Shown here piece by piece: positions 35,519-38,162 of a stretch of DNA of 38,162 nt. The notes below the pieces were generated by a model. It was not told where the DNA came from. It searched no databases and saw only the letters and a program-made list of their open reading frames with translations. Every line of letters starts with the position of its first letter. Position 1 is the stretch's first letter. This stretch comes from a virus (taxonomy: Duplodnaviria > Caudoviricetes), in the IMG/VR virus record IMGVR_UViG_3300049144_000026, positions 1 to 38,162 of that record; one strand, 5' to 3'. The translations under genes and the position numbers were made by a program.

Positions 35519-36532
35519 GTGCCATGGCTGAAAGAGGGCGACGCGGCGGCGAATCATCCGATCGTGTTGGCGGCCATGGAAATGGAGGACGCTGATGACC
35601 GGATCCTGAATGAGTGCTTTGGGTGGGTGAACCGGTGCGCCACGCAATCCGCCGCTTACGAGAAGGACTACATCATCACCATCGGCACTGCCAAGCTGAT
35701 GGCCGGATCCATGGGCAGGTACCACGCCCTGGTGAAGGCGGCGAAGTTCTGCGGCTACATCAGCGATACGGAGATCGTGGTCGATGGTGAACGGCGCCAG
35801 GCGTTCAAGCTGGTTGAGGACAACGACCTCTTCCACATGATCCTGAAGGATGAGCGGGCATGGACGAACCAGCGGAAGAAGGACCAGCGTAACCCCAAGC
35901 TGACCGCGCCGGTCCGTCTCCGGGACGGCGACGCCTGCCGCTATTGCGGCAAGACCGTCAGCTGGTCCGACCGTGTCTCTGGCCGTGCCGGCTCCTATGA
36001 CCACACCCGCCCAGGCGAACCAGCAACGGTGGACACTTACGTTGTCTGCTGCAAAGAATGCAACGGACGCCGTAACAGTGACCCGGACAGCATCTGGCGC
36101 ACAGTACCCGCGCCGGAGGAACCGCTCTACGGCCCACAGACCGTGGAGTTCCTGGCAACCCACAACATCACCGTCACCCCCACCTATGTAAGACCCGCTC
36201 CACCCACAACCAAGACCAGCGCAGCAGAGAACACGCCGCCCGTTGAGACGCCCTCAAAGGCCACTCCGGGATCGGACGAGGCAACGGTACCTTCCGGCCC
36301 GTCCAGCGACTCCGCAGCCCCCACGGACTCCGAGGCAACGGCACCACCGGCCTCGGACCAACGTAGGTCATCTGGCACCGGGCTTGGTCAGAGGTCTCCC
36401 GGACCAAGCCATGTCGGGACGGGGCGGGGCGGGACGGGTCAGGTAGGGAAGGGAGCCCAGCTCTCAACCCCAGCTGAATCTCCAACGCTCAAGCCCAGAA
36501 GAAGACGGCCCAAGAAGAGAGGCAGTAACTGA
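35519..36532 (+). CDS. Putative replication initiator with internal HNH domain
   Basis: MPWLK.GD...HP N-terminus as in actinophage Rep-like proteins; RDG..CRYCG, DH, C..CN; Pro/Thr-rich tail with GTGRGGTG. Confidence 0.7.
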   Translation: MPWLKEGDAAANHPIVLAAMEMEDADDRILNECFGWVNRCATQSAAYEKDYIITIGTAKLMAGSMGRYHALVKAAKFCGYISDTEIVVDGERRQAFKLVEDNDLFHMILKDERAWTNQRKKDQRNPKLTAPVRLRDGDACRYCGKTVSWSDRVSGRAGSYDHTRPGEPATVDTYVVCCKECNGRRNSDPDSIWRTVPAPEEPLYGPQTVEFLATHNITVTPTYVRPAPPTTKTSAAENTPPVETPSKATPGSDEATVPSGPSSDSAAPTDSEATAPPASDQRRSSGTGLGQRSPGPSHVGTGRGGTGQVGKGAQLSTPAESPTLKPRRRRPKKRGSN

Positions 36533-36534
36533 AC

Positions 36535-36867
36535 ATGCCCTCCAAACAACTTTCATCACACAACTCTCTGACCGAAGAGCAGTTCCAGTCACAGGTAATC
36601 CAGCTCGCACAGCTCCATGGTTACCTGCTGATCTATCACACCCACGACAGCCGGCGCTCTCAGCCTGGATTCCCTGACTTGGTGCTGGTCAGTCTTCGCC
36701 GTGGCCGCTGCCTGTTCCGGGAGCTGAAGACAGCGAAGGGCAAGCTCTCCCCCGCCCAAACGCTCTGGATTCAGGGCATGCAGAACGCCGGACTCAACGC
36801 CGGCGTCTGGCGCCCAGAGGATCTATCCAACGGCCACATCCTCAACGACTTGAAAGGCTCAGCGTGA
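36535..36867 (+). CDS. VRR-Nuc domain nuclease
   Basis: TEEQFQ, GFPDLVL, FRELKT.KGKLSP.Q..W and VWRP motifs. Confidence 0.9.
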   Translation: MPSKQLSSHNSLTEEQFQSQVIQLAQLHGYLLIYHTHDSRRSQPGFPDLVLVSLRRGRCLFRELKTAKGKLSPAQTLWIQGMQNAGLNAGVWRPEDLSNGHILNDLKGSA

Positions 36868-37613
36868 CGACCTGCACCACTGAGGATTGCTTCCGGGCAA
36901 CTACGCTCTACCTCTGCACCAACTGCATTGTGGAGCTCGACGGGCTTCTCGAGGATGTACACGCCATCGTCCGCCTGTTGGATGGACCAATCAGCCGGAC
37001 CAGCGTCACCAGGAATCCGGGCTCAGGTGGTGCTGGTGGGCACCAAGGGTCTAAGCCGGCAATCAATCTCGACGCGATGTTGCTGAAAGCGTGGTTGTGC
37101 CAGCTGCCGAATCGCGCGTATGAGGAAGCGATGGACAACCCCAAGGCTGGTGAGACTCTGTACATGGCGCGCATCTGGGTCAAGCAGGGTCGAGACTTGG
37201 TGTGGGGCCCGGAAGAGAAGAGGGTGTACGGCCAATGCGAGGAGCGGTTGGACGGCGAGGACAACGAGTACATCCTTTGCACTGGTCGGCTGACCGCACA
37301 CCCTGACGATGTGTCAGTGAAGTGCCCAGAGTGCAACACCGTTCACCACATCCATGACCTGCTGCACCGCCTCCGGCTGAAGGCAAGAGGCGAACCGATG
37401 ACGCCAAGGGCGGTGCGCGAGTACCTCCAGAAGAAGGCCAAGGTTGTTATCTCGAAGTTCGACTTCGAGAATTGGGTGAAGCTGGGGAAGCTGGTCTATG
37501 TCCTTGAGCGTGTAAACACTGAGGGCAAGCCGCGACGCATCTACTACCCAGGCGATGTGCTCCAGGTATCCGAAGACATGCGCGCAAGAAGGAGAACCTA
37601 CCGCGAAATGTAG
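36864..37613 (+). CDS. Zn-finger/HTH protein, candidate late transcription regulator
   Basis: Several CxxC pairs; C-terminal W...GKL...Y..GDV; last early gene before the terminal HNH. Confidence 0.65.
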   Translation: MTTCTTEDCFRATTLYLCTNCIVELDGLLEDVHAIVRLLDGPISRTSVTRNPGSGGAGGHQGSKPAINLDAMLLKAWLCQLPNRAYEEAMDNPKAGETLYMARIWVKQGRDLVWGPEEKRVYGQCEERLDGEDNEYILCTGRLTAHPDDVSVKCPECNTVHHIHDLLHRLRLKARGEPMTPRAVREYLQKKAKVVISKFDFENWVKLGKLVYVLERVNTEGKPRRIYYPGDVLQVSEDMRARRRTYREM

Positions 37614-37655
37614 TACAGTAAATCCGACGGGATAGCTGTCCCCAAACACGTGAGC

Positions 37656-37693
37656 GAAGGCCTTGCTGGTAAATCCGGCAGGGCCTTTGTTGT
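37656..37693 (+). terminator. Terminator-like hairpin before the HNH/late operon
   Basis: GAAGGCCTTGCTGG-TAAAT-CCGGCAGGGCCTTT plus GTTGT. Confidence 0.7.
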
Positions 37694-37719
37694 GTCCGCC
37701 TGAACATCGGAGGCGTCAT

Positions 37720-38079
37720 GTGCCAAGCGCATTGAAGAAGCCTTGCCCGGTACCTGGTTGTTCGGAGCTGGTCAGTTCTGGCAAGTGCGAGGACCATCGT
37801 CGGGCAGCAGACCAGCACCGTGGCACAGCAGCCGAGCGTGGGTACACCAGCGTCGGACACTTCATGTTCCGTGATGAAGTGTTGGCACGAGACCCGATCT
37901 GTGTCTTGTGTATGCGGAGACCATCTCAAGAAGCCGATCACTTCCCGGTCTCGCGAAAGGGACTGATAACGCTCGGCCTGAACCCTGACGATCCTAAACG
38001 GGGCCGCGGACTATGCAAGCCGTGTCACTCGTCTGAAACAGCTAAACATCAGCCCGGAGGGTGGAATCGGCCTCAGTGA
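37720..38079 (+). CDS. HNH endonuclease (HK97 gp74-like packaging partner)
   Basis: GGAGG before GTG; KPC...GC, RG.A.ERGY, RDPICVLC, ADH and LCKPCHS motifs; terminal position next to terS. Confidence 0.92.
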   Translation: MPSALKKPCPVPGCSELVSSGKCEDHRRAADQHRGTAAERGYTSVGHFMFRDEVLARDPICVLCMRRPSQEADHFPVSRKGLITLGLNPDDPKRGRGLCKPCHSSETAKHQPGGWNRPQ

Positions 38080-38102
38080 AGGCCTGTTTCAGCCCTAGAA
38101 TC

Positions 38103-38162
38103 CGGCCCCAAAGGGGTGGGGGTACCCCCTTTGGGGCCGTCGCAAATAGCCACCGGGCAGGG
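38103..38162. other. Putative cos/packaging region
   Basis: 14-bp inverted repeat 38103-38116/38126-38139; GGGGGTACCCC at 38118 recurs at position 34 across the end junction. Confidence 0.6.

Larger units (their letters stand above)
1..38162. mobile_element. Complete or near-complete temperate siphovirus genome (actinobacteriophage)
   Basis: Canonical order terS-terL-portal-capsid-tail-lysis-int-rep/cro-replication-HNH; no host housekeeping genes; the two ends join into a cos-like region. Confidence 0.95.

Overview
This window looks like a complete ~38.2 kb temperate siphovirus genome of a high-GC actinobacterium; Arthrobacter/Micrococcaceae is inferred from gene content and order and is not proven. 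It runs from the small terminase gene to a terminal HNH gene with a cos-like junction. Left arm (+): terminase, portal, MuF-like protein, scaffold, capsid, head-tail connectors, tail tube, tail chaperones with a CCCAAAA -1 frameshift, tape measure and minor tail genes. The tail genes are split by the lysis cassette and an inverted hicAB toxin-antitoxin pair. Centre: a virion-type SGNH esterase sits tail-to-tail with a homologous membrane-anchored SGNH esterase. Next come an intact tRNA-Arg(TCT) with its own promoter and terminator, an arm-less tyrosine integrase, a ~550 bp structured non-coding segment and a repressor/Cro switch. Right arm (+): ParB-like, sliding clamp, MmcB-like nuclease, methyltransferase, HNH-containing replication protein, VRR-Nuc, a putative late regulator and HNH. 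The main finding is a BPs/Brujita-type integration-dependent immunity switch: a putative attP lies inside the repressor gene, and both repressor and integrase end in -AA. The attP is only a decayed copy of a tRNA 3' half and could not rebuild the host tRNA, while the phage carries a complete cognate tRNA 2.2 kb away. This suggests lysogeny breaks the host tRNA-Arg(UCU) gene and the phage replaces it. All calls come from motif reading by eye; no database searches were run.
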